This document shows positions 45,912-59,224 of a stretch of 64,000 bases of DNA, piece after piece (position 1 is the stretch's first letter; the number at the start of each line of letters is the position of its first letter). The position numbers were made by a program, and so were the translations under genes. Origin of the DNA: Hamiltosporidium tvaerminnensis FI-OER-3-3 (Eukaryota; Fungi; Microsporidia); the NCBI GenBank assembly GCA_022605425.2, contig JAKIMF020000011.1, positions 937,065 through 1,001,064 of the forward strand, in the 5' to 3' direction. The notes under the pieces are model-generated. The model was not told the DNA's origin. It made no database searches and saw only the letters and a program-made list of their open reading frames with translations.

Positions 45912-48535
45912 GGGCTTTATTTAAAGCGTTTTTCAAATATGAATAAAATTTTTTTTTAATACTTTTGAATCATAATTTGTCTAATTCGGAAAATTTTAGA
46001 GAATTTTAAAAAATTACTTTCCTTATATTGCAAAAAATGATCAACATATTAACTAGGAACACTCAATTTTAACAAAAACTTAAATTTATTTGAAACATAA
46101 TTTAATCTTAGAAATCGATTTTATTTGTAAAAAAGCATGAAAAATTGTGTTACAAGACGAAATACAAACTCAATTTTAAAACTTGTTAAAATCAAATAAA
46201 TATATAATATTAAGACCTTTGCAATTACTCCATATATCTTTTAATTATGATAAAGTTTATATGAAACATATGATCTAAATTAAAAACAAAATTTTTTTTA
46301 CTTTTTTGTTGGTCTGAAATTAAAATTTTTTTGAAAATAAAAATAATGATTTTTAAGGCCACTAAGCAGCGATTAAACCAAGTTACAAAATACTTAGAGC
46401 GAAAAGCAAAAGCTAATATTATCATGGCTTGGTTTATCAGGTTGGAATTTCGATGAAACCGGGAAAAAATTGCAAGAATTTTTCTAATTTCACCATAAAT
46501 AGCTAAATTGTTAATTTTCATATATATAAAAATCTTATTGATTTCGTAGTTTTTATTGACTCCCCCTGCTTCAATTTACCGTAGCCTGAAGTACAACAAA
46601 GCAGATAACCACATGTGCTAAATCCTATGGAGTCTGAAAAGAAGAGTCGTAGTTATGTTTTTTGCTAGGAAATTTACTTTTTTTGGTGGAAATTAAAGAT
46701 TTTAATATATTAAAAAAAGAAAATTAGAAGAAAAAATTATAAAAATAGCAAAACTAATTTAAAAAAAATAAAATGAAATTTAAAAAAATTTAAAAGAAAA
46801 GAAATCAAAAAAAGTATCACTAAATAAAAAGTAAATTTCAGGGTATTTTTCCTCAATTCGTATTTTATATGCTTGCTTTCTCAGAGGTTATTTGCTTTCC
46901 TTTTAAAATTCAACACCTTTAACTTTTAATCCAAAAATCTAAAAGTATAAAAATTTTAAAAAATAAAGAATATAAGACCTAAGTTGCTAAAATAACGTTA
47001 AAGTAAAGATTTCGAAAAAATGTTTTTACCCTAATGCAGCAAATTTAACAAGAAAAAGTATTCAAGAACAAGAATAGGACAAAATAAAATAGAGGGGGGG
47101 ACAAAATAATATAACAAGAAAAAATTACGTGCATTATTAGTACTAAATTCTTCCAAAAGCGAGCATTTAAAATATTAAAACATAATTAAAACGGTGGAAA
47201 TTTTTAAATTTTTATTTTTAAAAAGAAAAAAATAGTGTAAGTCCGAGTAGTGGCATTTCATCATAGTTTTTTTGCGATTTTGAACATGGAATCAAGATTA
47301 AATACGACTGTAAATATATCCAATTTATGTAATATGCAGTCTAGAATTTTAAACGCAGCCTACCTTGAGTTTTACATTGATGATTTTTGTTTAAAATTAA
47401 CTTGTACAACAATCATTCTACTTAAAACTATTGTTAAAACTATGTTTACCGGTGACTTTTTATTTTGCCTATAAATTTTCATCGTATGTGTATCATACTC
47501 TATACAAAACAAAATTTGTTGAGTTGATGCACAATCACAAGAATAATCATGAGTCCCTAAAATAATGATAGGTATGAATGATGGGTATCAGAGTTGCTGT
47601 ACTTATTAAAGCGATCAGAGTTTAAACAGCGATTTAAATCAACTAAAGTTCTATTTTGAATAATTTGTCAAGTACTTCTTTGTTGCTCTAGAAAAAGCTT
47701 CAAACATTCATTTTTTATCAATAAGAAAACCTCTATTATAGATTCTCCTGCTTATAGCTGTTAAGTGATTTTTTACTATTTTTCCAGGTTTACCAATTTT
47801 TTTACAAGATTAAATGCAACTTTTCAGTATAAACGAACGCACACCCTTAGTAGAGTCTGCTGTGCCTTCACCTGAAAATATATGCATTGATCTGTTTGTC
47901 GCTATGGAAATTGAAATTTGAATCCTTAAGAATATCAATTATATTAGGAATTTGGATTTTTGAGTTTTCAATTATATTGAAACAACATCCTTATGTTTTT
48001 AATTACAAAGGCACCGCTGAAATTAAAATTTCTACTATAAAAATTGTGAGCTTTTAATTTGTATTTCAAGCATAACAAATATTATCCAACTCTTATTTTT
48101 CTAATAGAAATTTTTCTTTGAGTTACTGTCGTTTTTTTATTTGCATTTTGGAGATTTTGATAAATAACACTTTGCCGTTACAAAGTATCATATGAATAGA
48201 AAGATTAATTACGTTTGAGATGAAAATTTTAAGGCTAAATTTAATATCTATTTAGCCAGTGTATATTTTACATTTAAATGTGTTCATTTATATTTGCGAT
48301 TTGAAAATTAAAATATAAAAAATTTTTCAAGCTTTCATCGAAGTTTAACCTGATTATTTGAACTTAAATGTAATTTATAATTATTCTTATTGTTCTCGCT
48401 TGATTAAACAAATTTTATTTATTAAGAAAATATTTTTCTAAGCAAAAATAATAATTACTTGTCAGCTTTTGTAAAAATGTATAAATTTAATTTATAATTT
48501 GAGTATGAAATAGAATTATTTTTGTTATATATTTA

Positions 48536-49016
48536 TTTAATAAAATTCTGGGTTAAAATATTTTTACCGTTTTTTACATGTTTTCTTCTGCCTCTTTAAC
48601 CACTTCTGTCTCTTCTTCCAAATTCGACTTTTCATTTATGTTATTGGTGGTCGTTTCCTCTAAAGTGGTTCCTCCTCGTGAAATAAGGGGTGTATTATTT
48701 TTTGGTTTTAAAATTTTAACACCATCTTCCTCTCTTTTCGCTTCTTTTAAAGGGGGTATTGGTTCCTCATGCATCTCTGATCTCATAATAACACCCATTG
48801 ACGCTCTCTCCCATCTCTCTTCGGCATTTAGTCCTGACTCAAGTCCTCTTCGTAGATCAAAGGAAATTGTTTCGACTGTTTTCTTAAGTACTATAGACTG
48901 AATGTATGCCTCTACATTCATGGGTATTTCTAGTCTTTTAAGATGAGATTAATGGTATTTTGTCACAATACCGTCCCAGGTCATCACATAAGGGATTATC
49001 TCAACACTACACTTAT
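48536..49016 (-). mobile_element. 3' fragment of the RLE retrotransposon
   Basis: Reverse complement is near-identical to ~4065-4546, including the 3' terminus. Confidence 0.93.
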
Positions 49017-50095
49017 ATTCTACGTCTGCATATAAGTATTTTATTTTAAACATTTATTTAGAAATAAAAATTTTTAAAAGACTAAAGAGCTAGCTTTGCT
49101 AAAATTGATAAATGTAATTATTCTACCATTAAAAGTTCTAAATAATTATAGAAATGTCATTATATATTCTCCTTTGATATGCCAAAACACATTCTCCATT
49201 TCAAGCATTAAAATTTATCTGAAATTAATAGTTTAGAGTTATTTGCTGCAATATTTTTTTTTGATAAATTATATAGAGATTTTATTCTAAAAAGCATTTG
49301 ACTTTCTTTAAATTGTTCTACAGATTAAAGACCTCTATTTTGGATTTTATTATGGATAGTTTTATTTGAAGTATTTTTTTTAATATGAGATATTATTAGC
49401 AACAATATTCTTTTACATTGAAGATACAATTATATTATAATTCGAACATCCTTGAAATATTTTTTTTACCATACAACAAAATATTTGAAAGATCAAAAAA
49501 AATTTATAAATTTACCATTTTTGATACTTCAGATCATTTTTAAAAAAAAATTAATTGCAAAAAAAAATTATAAAGTTTGAATTTAAAGAGAAATAAATAC
49601 ACAATAACTGTTATTTTTCATGTAAATTGTATACCTAATATAATCTGATATTTTAAAACTATGATTTTAAAAAAATTTAAATAAATTACATTTTATATGA
49701 TTTTATTATTCGGTATTAAATTTATAAAAGATTTAAAATATTCAAATTATTTCTCATTGAAAATTAGATTTGATTATCTCAATATAATGTTATAGAAGTA
49801 CAATATTAATAATAATGTAATTATCTCGAAACATGACTTTTTGTTCTATAAATATTATAACTTTCTCAGGTACTTTTTTCGATTATCTACTTTATATCTA
49901 TTTAAAATATTCTAAATTAATCGATTGAATGAAAAAATTAAGAAAACAAATTATAAAATTTAAATTTATACAATATGTATCATTAGCATTTAAAAAGCTT
50001 CTTCTCTTATATATTCACCCGTTTCTATAAAAAAATTTAAATCTACCCCTTCACGTTAGAAAATAGATTATTTAGTTCATTTTTATCGATTCTTT

Positions 50096-52043
50096 ATGCT
50101 TTTAGTTAATATTAATGCTTCTTTAGATCAAAAAAATGGAAAAAGAGTTCTTCCCAAAGAAATAACGATCTTGGAGGTCGAAAACCCCCGACGTATCGCA
50201 TCATTTATTTCAAAAAACCCAGAAATATGCCTCGAAAAATCCGAATCGTGCAAAAGAACAAAGACAGGCATAAAAACTTCCGAAAGAGAAGACGGTGATC
50301 CTTTGAAAAAAATCCCCAGAGAAAATCAAATGAACGATGTACATCATTCTGTTAAATCAGTTATTAGCGAAGACATTCAATCACAAATTATACCCAAAGA
50401 AAAATCTCAAAAAAACCCAGCTATCACATCAAATTTACCCATTTCGGAAAATTATTCAAAAGTCGACTCCAAATCGCGATTTCAGAAAATAATAGCAAAG
50501 CATAATCCTCGCATGGGTTTGAAATTAAATGATTCCTTTGAAACACAACAAACAGCCGACAAAGGTCTTATAAAACCATATATTCCATATAAAAATGACA
50601 ATAATACTATTTCTTCCAGCAATCTATATTATCATGACAATATAACAAAAAAAGTTAATATTCCTAAAGCTTTTCGCAGAAATAGATTAATTCCAACTGA
50701 ACGAATAATTCATTCATCGCGAAAAAAACAAAGTGTTGTAGAAACCAAAAAAAACCCAGCGGAACAAAAAGAACAAGAAAAAGAACAAAAAACGATATTA
50801 AATAAAATAAAACCGAACATTCGCAATGTTCAAAACGAACCTAAGTTTTTGGAACTTTTTAAATGCAACGTTGAATTAAAAGATCATGATAAGTCTATTA
50901 CAACCATAAAAGACGAACTAAGCGACATATTATATCCAAAAAAATCCGAAAAAGTAGTGAATCTAGAGTGTATAGAGAAATGTTTCAATGTGAAAAATTA
51001 TCTATTTTATGATGCAAAGAATAAAACCTTTGATTTTACCCTTGAAACTTTTAAAGAAAATTATGATTTCAATAAAATATTAGAGGTTGGTAAAAATCTT
51101 GTCGAAATAGAGATTTTATCGTATTCTAAATTCGATGCAGTCGGCATCGCTGAAACGATTGCCAATAAAATACTCTGAAATTATTTCTGAAGTAAAAAAA
51201 AGTCAACTTAATATAATTGGTGTGGAATTAAACTATATTTATGAAAAATGTGGAAATTTTACTGAAACTTCTATAAAGAAAGGCCGTGTAATATATATGC
51301 ATTATATTTGGGTTGTTATAAAGTACTTAACAGATTTGCTTTTTGATGAAAAATTATGTAGAAATGAACTACATTATATAACTACACTAAATAAAATTAC
51401 TTTTTTTATCAGAAAATTGCTCTCAGAATTACTAATTGGGTTCAATTTTGATCCACAGAAGGTTGAGACATATAGAATATTGAATACAATTTCATATTAT
51501 TCTGCAAATGCTCCAGTTTATAAAAAATATTTCAGTTGCAATCTTTTTACTATAATGATGCGAACTTCATTTAGATTTCTATTGGATTCGGTGTGCAAGA
51601 TTGACTATAAATGGAATACAGATTTAATTATACAACTCATTACTAATTTACAACGCCATCTAAGACCCCCTAATAATAAAAGAGGAATTTATGAGTTTTT
51701 TCACAAAAATTTTCTTGTGAGGACATTCTTGGGAAAATATGATGAGATTTATACTGAGTTGAGATCTGTTAAGAGTACGAATAAGAGTATCCTAAAGCTA
51801 ATTAATGAAGCATCTGAAAAATCTAATAGTTCTAAAGTTGTTGAAGAAAACCCAGATGACATATTAATATGTTTTATAAAGTCTGAATTCAAGATTATCT
51901 GGATAAATTGTAAAATTTATAGTTGCAAGTTTGCATTTTTAAAATTTAGACACAAGAAAAGCTATGAAAAGATCTTAAATGAAATTATACAACAGAATGA
52001 AATCTATTTGACCTCCGAAGACCCGAGTACAATGAGTATTTAA
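50096..52043 (+). pseudogene. Hypothetical (probably secreted) protein split by a frameshift
   Basis: Overlapping ORFs 50096-51178 and 51135-52043. Upstream CCCC is followed by ACG rather than ATG at ~50053. Could be decay or assembly indels. Confidence 0.6.
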
Positions 52044-52719
52044 AATAAATTTATAAATTTTTTTTAAGTTCTAATATCGTTTTTATATATTCTCTATATT
52101 TCCTTAAAATAACGAAAAATCTAAAACTTCAAATCGATTAATAGGATATATTTGATTTCTGTTCAATTATCTTCAGATTTTAACTTTTAATACTACTATA
52201 TAACAATTTTATTTATATTCGATTAGACTTTTAAATTATATGAAGCCTTCCCAACGGTTTATATAATCTAAATTTTAATTTGAGATGTTCTTTTTGTATT
52301 GGTAATAAAATATTTAAGTGCTTTATATGCTTTATGAAGAGATTTTTAATGGTATTTTGAATCTAATATAAGATTATGTCATGATTTTATCTGTGCTCAT
52401 ATTGTAAAATTTTTTCTTTTACTAAATTGCGGGTGCTTAGAATTTTTCAGTGTTCAGAAAAAGGTTTAGTTCCATTATTATCATTTCAGCTTTCTAGCTT
52501 AAATATTACGATATTTAGTTAAAAGAACATTTCACGTTATAATACAAGTAATAATATACGAATCTAATTGTAGAAACAAGTTGTCATTATTTATATATCC
52601 CATATTCCTTGCGTTTGGGTTTCAGACTTCGGAATGTAATTTGTGAATGAATATTATAAATCAATTCCTTCTCAAATGCAAACCTAATAGATCTCTTTTG
52701 CTTACTTACCTATTCTATT

Positions 52720-52920
52720 TCTCTTTACCTCTCAGTGTCGAGGATAAAAAAATTTAATTTCACCATTTCTTTCTTTTAATCTGTTGTAACTCAGGATTAT
52801 AGAGAATTGGCATATAGATCCAGTGCGGTTTATATCCCAAAAAATGGCAAAAATGGATTTCACACCGATTATAGGCACACATTTCCAACCAGATAGTTTT
52901 AATAAGGTATCCTCTACCCG
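52720..52920 (-). mobile_element. Family B repeat, second copy
   Basis: CTCAGTGTCGAGGAT..TTTCTTTTAATCTGTTGTAACTCAGGATTATA..TTTCACACC..CAGATAGTTTTAAT matches the reverse complement of 14858-15065. Confidence 0.7.
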
Positions 52921-54549
52921 CTTCTCTTTTGCTTATTCCTTAATCTTTCCTTGTTACATTCTTTATTATGCTTATATTTTTATACCAACAGAATAATGTA
53001 GTATTTAAGTAAAATAATTTCACTTTTCTTACATATTAGAAAGAAAGAAAGAGAGAGATAGAAAAAAAATCATAAAACAGTCTAGAAGCACTCTTATATA
53101 AATAAAATAGATTAAACAACGTATCAAGTAATAAAACCAAAATTATAATGTATAAAGAATCAATTAAAATAAAAAAAACAAATTCGTCAAAAAATATTCT
53201 ACAATATATTTCATACAAATTATTTTAACATAAACTATTGCTTGAACAAGCATTTCAATAGGTTTTACATTTGAAAATGACAAAAACAGGAAAATATTCT
53301 TGTTCTATTTAGAATTAATTATTGTGGTGTTTGATAAACATTAAAACCATTAAATCATTTTGCACAGAGAAAATATAAAACTTTCTGCATATATTTCATT
53401 GATATTTGCTTTGATAGTGCAAGTTCAAAATTGACGGCTGTAACATAGTAGGGTCAATACGTTAATTTACACTTTCTAATGAAATGTGAGATCGATTTCA
53501 ATTTTTGAATGAATTCCTGTAAAACATAGAAACTTAATTCTAATTAAAAGTTACTTTTCTAATAAATTAGTCAAACAGTTTAGTATACAAAAATATTGCA
53601 AGTAATTGTAAATTTATAATTTGTTTTTTGTAATACAATATAACAGTTTGGTTTCTTAATGAGAATATTATTCAAATTGAAGAAAAACAATCAAATTAAA
53701 GAAATTTTATATTTTTATAAATACTTGAGTGATATAAAAATCATTTGAAATATATTTAACCACTTTGTATAAATCTCATTTGGTTAAAAAACTTTTCTAA
53801 ACAAACCAAAATATCGAACCGGGATTTAAATATCAAAATGCTCTTCTTTTGTATGATTTTAAAACTTTCCAAAGTAGCTATCATTGTATTTTTTAAGAAA
53901 ATAAGTTACAAAGTCAAAATAAAAAGTCTACTTTCTTCTTCCTCTGTGTGTTTAATATAGCACTAGCAGAATGTTATTTTACTTTGGAAATCAATATAAG
54001 TCAAAAACGCTAATGTAGCATTATGTATTTTTTAGAATAGCATGAGTAGCTTCTTTATCATATAAAATAAAAATTCAATGTAGATAAAAGGAAATGATAG
54101 TGAACCAGAGGGCAAAGAAGTCTTAGTGAATTTTCTTCAGTTCCTTGCAAATGAGACCTAAAAAAAATTTATAGTAAGAAAAATAGGATGTATGATAATA
54201 TAGAAAATCAACTGCTTTTGATTCAGTACTAAATACAAATTATTCTTCGAAAAAGTTCAGTATTAAAAATCTCCGCAAAAAATGATAAAAACTTAAAATA
54301 AACTTTTTAAAACTAAATTAGACCAAAGTATAAATAAATTTAAAACTTAAAATCTAAAAAATTCAAAAAAATATAAACCTAAAATTCTGAAATGAACAAA
54401 CTGATATAAAATTCGCTATAAAATGTGAGCAAATTTATTGTAAAAGCACAAGTTTGGCGAACCAAATCATAGTTTATGTGCCAACTTAGATTCTAAAGAA
54501 CGTTCTTTGAATTTTTAAAAGTATATAAAGAAGAAAAAAAAGCAAAGTA

Positions 54550-55182
54550 ATGAAAAAATACAATTTCTGTTTTTTAATACAAAGTTTGATATTACTTATA
54601 ACGCTCAGCTATATACAATGTTCCAATTCATTCCTGCGAAATCCTAACAATATTGCAGATATGTTCATGGTAAAAGAAAAACAAAGAAAATATGGTCCAG
54701 GTTTGATGGAACCAGTAGAAGTCAATCCAAACCCTATAATATATCCACAGAAATACCGTAGAAACGGAAAATTTAATATTAATGACTACATACCAGCAAT
54801 GAAAGTACAAATAATCATACAGAATTTAAGTCGACCAGAAGTATTTGAAGGAAACAGTAAGGAGGAAAATGGTAAAGAAGAACCAAAAGAAGAAGATATT
54901 AAGCCGGAAGAAAAGGAAGAAATAAAAGATGAAATTAAATATGAAAATATAGACGAAGATAAAGTTGAAAATAAAGATGAAGATGAAGAAGATGAAGACA
55001 GGTCTGAAGAAAACGATAATAAAAAAGAAGAAGACAAGGAAGAGAACAAAGAGATTCTCAATAGCGATGAAAAGACCCTTAATCCTGCTACAGAAGATAA
55101 CCAGATAAAAGGTATGAACACCAAAAACCAAGATGAACTTCCCGCAGCTGATCAAAGCAAGGAAGTAGTTACTTCAAAGTAA
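54550..55182 (+). CDS. Secreted protein with acidic low-complexity C-terminus
   Basis: Signal peptide MKKYNFCFLIQSLILLITLSYIQC and an E/D/K-rich tail. TATATAA lies ~27 nt upstream of ATG. Confidence 0.85.
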   Translation: MKKYNFCFLIQSLILLITLSYIQCSNSFLRNPNNIADMFMVKEKQRKYGPGLMEPVEVNPNPIIYPQKYRRNGKFNINDYIPAMKVQIIIQNLSRPEVFEGNSKEENGKEEPKEEDIKPEEKEEIKDEIKYENIDEDKVENKDEDEEDEDRSEENDNKKEEDKEENKEILNSDEKTLNPATEDNQIKGMNTKNQDELPAADQSKEVVTSK

Positions 55183-58070
55183 AGTGTGAAAAAATGAAAC
55201 CTGGTATACGAATACTGATTAGAAATCAAAAAAATAAAGATATTACAAATGTATGAATTGTTCTATTTTAAATTAATTTGCTGGAAAGCCACGGATTTAA
55301 ATTTTTTTTCTTGTTTTGTAAATTATTTTATTTCAATATTTTTTTACAAACTACATAGATTAAACTATGTTAAAAAAAAATAAATAAAATTATTGATTTT
55401 AATTGATATAAATACCTAATAAAGTCAATTCGTCTTTTTTGACGTATTTTCAGGTCTACTTTAGCAAATTATATTCTTCCATATACAGATGCTATTTTAA
55501 AATTATATATTTGATCTTCGTCTGTGTTGTATCTTAAATTTATATTTCAGCAATAGAATCTTTGTTTGCAAATAGCCTTTTTTTACAGAAAAAGTTATTC
55601 AAAGAAAGTAAAAATTAAATGCATCTCTCTGTTTTCTCTATACTCTCACAGAGGCTCCATATGTCTCATTAGAATAAAATATTAGCTACTGTTTTTTTTG
55701 GCGAGTGAAATAAAAAGAACGTGCTCTTTATTCAAACTATTATTAATCAATCTTTGGCTTAATTCTTAGTAATATTTGAACCTTAATAATATACATTTTT
55801 GCATTTGTAAAGTATACTTTCCATGTTATTCTACCAGAGATATTACTATAGTACCTTAACATGTAATTAAAATTGGCTTGATTGTTTTTTCTATTAATAG
55901 AAAAAATTTATCAAATGCTAATTTTCGTATAAATTAGAAAAAATATTAAATGGCTTTTTGTGATTTGCAGCTTCCTGTGTATTATTTATTCTTTCATTTA
56001 TAAAAAAATATCTGAAATTATACTATTTATCAGGTAAAAAATTTTATATCCCAGAATATTTCTCAATATTGATGCCTTCTTAAGACAATTCGTTTTCCTT
56101 AATGATTATTTTCACTTAGAAATACTTCCGGATATTTATTATAATAAACAAATACAGCACAAAGAAAGATATTTTTTACACAAATTTAATATGTATCATT
56201 TAGAGTAAATCAGCATAATTTCTGTAACGTTTCAATCGATTTGGCGATTTTCGACGCAATTATTTTGACTTTAATAATTATTTTTAAAGTTCTTGTATCT
56301 CAAGACTTCAAAAAAGACACAAAAGAAGCCGTAATGCATAAAGAAGTCAAAATTCACAATATATTCTTATTATTTGAGTATTCAAAGTACATTCATCAAT
56401 GAGTTTCTTAAATTTATTATAAACGGTGTACAATCATTTTTTGTCGTAAACAGTCTTAAAGAAAAGACTTTACAATTCGTAAAAAATCATATTAGTTATA
56501 GATTAATAACGTTTTTATTTGAGCTTTGTTTACACCACACTCGAGTTTTACAGGATAACAAAGGAACCCATATGAATTGCATTTATATAAGTTAAAAACA
56601 AGATAATACTTAAAATAGACAAGCTTAGTCACACTAAATTATAAGCAATAAATTTTTTACATGCAATTTACTGACCCGAGACATCATAGTTTACTAACTT
56701 GGAAGTTCTTCAGCCTGAACCGACTAATTTAATTGAGTTTCATACAGCAGTTGCTAGTGTGGTTAAAATAATGAGGTATATTTCAGCACGAAATGCAAGT
56801 AGGGTTTTTACTTGATTAGAGATACTCGCATGAGGCTTTAAATGGTTTTGAGTCAGGAAACGAACATATGCCTTTGCCCATTTATGATTGTTCTAAAATA
56901 AAATAATAAATATCAAGCTGCAAATCAGAATTTTTGAAAATTAAAAAATACCGAATTACACCAATTAATTTAAATTCTAATTATGGTATATCGTATAAAA
57001 ATAAATCATCAGAGAAATTTGAAGGAAACAACTCTAAGAAAATTCATATGATCCAACAAAAAATATATATTTCTATACCGAGTTTTACGGCAGAAAGATT
57101 GTGATTTTAACTGCTTAAACCTTCTTTTTTGTTTAAAAAATATAAGCTAAATCCACGATGAGTAAAGTTTCAATATTGTAAAATTCCTAGAAAACTACTT
57201 TGGATTGTCAAACTAGGTGAAACTAAAGATCAGCATCGATTATTATGGCTTCGTAATACAATGCACCAGTGTATAAATACACCTAGACAATAAATATAAT
57301 CTATAGTCTTTATTACCAAATTATCATTCATCTAATAAATTCTTTAAAAATGCACGCGCCGTTAAAAAGTAAGTAGAACACATAAGTAATTTTATATTCG
57401 AAAAGGTAAATCATATATTTCTATTTTACAACATATTAAATAATAGTGCACTAAATTTGGTTTTAATCTCTTCACCGAATTCGCTTTTACCTTTGAATAT
57501 AACATAGTTTTCATAGGCTATAACCAAAGGTTTAACATTATTTATAAGTTTAGTGTCAAGTAAATCTCATATACGCAATAGTCTGTAAAGTATTTCCACT
57601 TTAACTACCATGAAAATATCACAATGAACTACAAATATTCTCGACTATCAAGTTTAATAATATCTAAGGTTCATAAAAACGCCGAACGAACTTCTTCCAA
57701 TTGATAAAATAAACTTGAGTCAGAACCAAATGCAATTATAAATGGAAAGCCCACTACCGTTACCATTCAGGAAGCGGCATGGCGCCATAACTTATTCTAA
57801 TTCTTACACTATATATTGGGAACAAAGAATGTAATGAGCAGATGGTTATATTAAAATACCACTGATTTTGAATGATATAGCTGCTGACAAAAATCTGATA
57901 AAAAAGAAAAAAAAACAAATAGGATATATAGGCAAGAATAACTCACAAAATATACGATTAATACTGCTCTGCTGGTCGCTAAGCCCAGATAAACGTGTAG
58001 GATTGTGCATAAGGAAAATACTCCTATCGCATAAAACAATATTTTTACAAAACCGAAACAAAATAATATA

Positions 58071-58141
58071 GATTAGAAAACTCGTTAAGGAAGACCGGGC
58101 TCTTTAAGAGCCGTAGTGCAATTTAGTAGTAGTAGTAGTAA
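58071..58141 (+). mobile_element. 3' terminal remnant of an RTE-like LINE/SINE
   Basis: Degenerate (W)RKLVKE coding end, hairpin GGCTCTT-T-AAGAGCC, then GTAGTGC and a (TAG)n tail. Confidence 0.55.
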
Positions 58142-58949
58142 AGAGAAGAAGTGTTAAAGAAGCAGATAATCTTTAGAAAAAAATAATAGCTCTCAAAACA
58201 GAATTCAAAGGCAATCAATTGAATTATATCATATTTCAACCAAGATATTTAACTACGGCAAAGGGTAAACAAATCAGAATCGAAATTAATAAAAACTGTA
58301 TTAGTTTGCATAAAATTTTTGGTTGGTTTAAATCATTCTATGTCAAAGTTCGATCTATAATTTAAATTAAATTTGATGTTTCATTACAAACACCATCATT
58401 TTGGGTTTTTTTGTTTGGAATAAGAATTTTTTTAATTTAAAATTTCTATTTAAAATCCGCAACAAATATTACTTATCTCTTTTCACAATGCATTTCATAT
58501 TGTTTTGCTCAATCTCATCCGAGTATTTTTTAAAATGAAAATTCTCGTCGATTTTAAACTAATAGTCTTTTCTATAAGCTGACTAAAAAAATATTTTATG
58601 TAATTTTATTGTAGTTTTTTAAAGTCTAATATTAAATTTAAGCCATAATATTATCGAAAATATATCCCATAATAGTAGAATAAAGGATAATTATATCCAA
58701 TATAACTAATCATGGTCCAATATTGCCTTTTTGCTTGTTTATTTGTTTTAATACTCGAAAAAAGTATAATAAGCAGTTCCGACATCACTAAGCTGTATCA
58801 TATATCTATATCAAAATAAAAATTAGATCAAACATCCTACAGTAAAAAATCTACTTTTATTATGGATCCTAGCTTTTCCTGAAAAAATTATTCCAAAAAA
58901 TTCTTTTTAAATTTTGATTTAACCTTATTGATTCATTCATCCTCGAAAA

Positions 58950-59198
58950 CAAAGGCCCGCATGATGCTTGGTCTCCCTCGGTAATATCGCCTATCGGTCT
59001 TTTTCCGTTGGGTTCGTTTACTTTTTTGTGTTTTGTAACAAGGTGGTTTTAAAGAGTGCGTTGTTAGCTCCAGACCCAAACCCCACTCTGGACGACCACT
59101 CCTTTTTAGCCGTCTCTTACACAAACGGAGAATTCCCAAAACCAAATTTTCTTCCGACATGGTGGAGAAATTTATCACCGATAGTTCAATTTATTTTT
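58950..59198 (+). ncRNA. Candidate structured RNA of unknown class
   Basis: GC-enriched island with nested helices: CTATCGGT/ACCGATAG, TTTCCGTT/AACGGAGA, TGTAA/TTACA, GAGTG/CACTC, TCCAGA/TCTGGA, and an AAATTT..TC/GAGAAATTT hairpin. Confidence 0.5.
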
Positions 59199-59224
59199 TA
59201 AGATTATTGTTGAAAAAACGTCAT

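Noticed and set aside
47800-47930. Minus-strand FKFQFP...KAQQTLLRV resembling a Pif1/Helitron helicase motif
   Set aside because: Interrupted by a stop, the intervening residues do not match and no other helicase motifs were found.
58953-59015. HDV-like ribozyme start (GGCCCGC AUG...UCCCUCG)
   Set aside because: No proper P3' or P1' strand follows the putative L3, so the nested double pseudoknot cannot be built.
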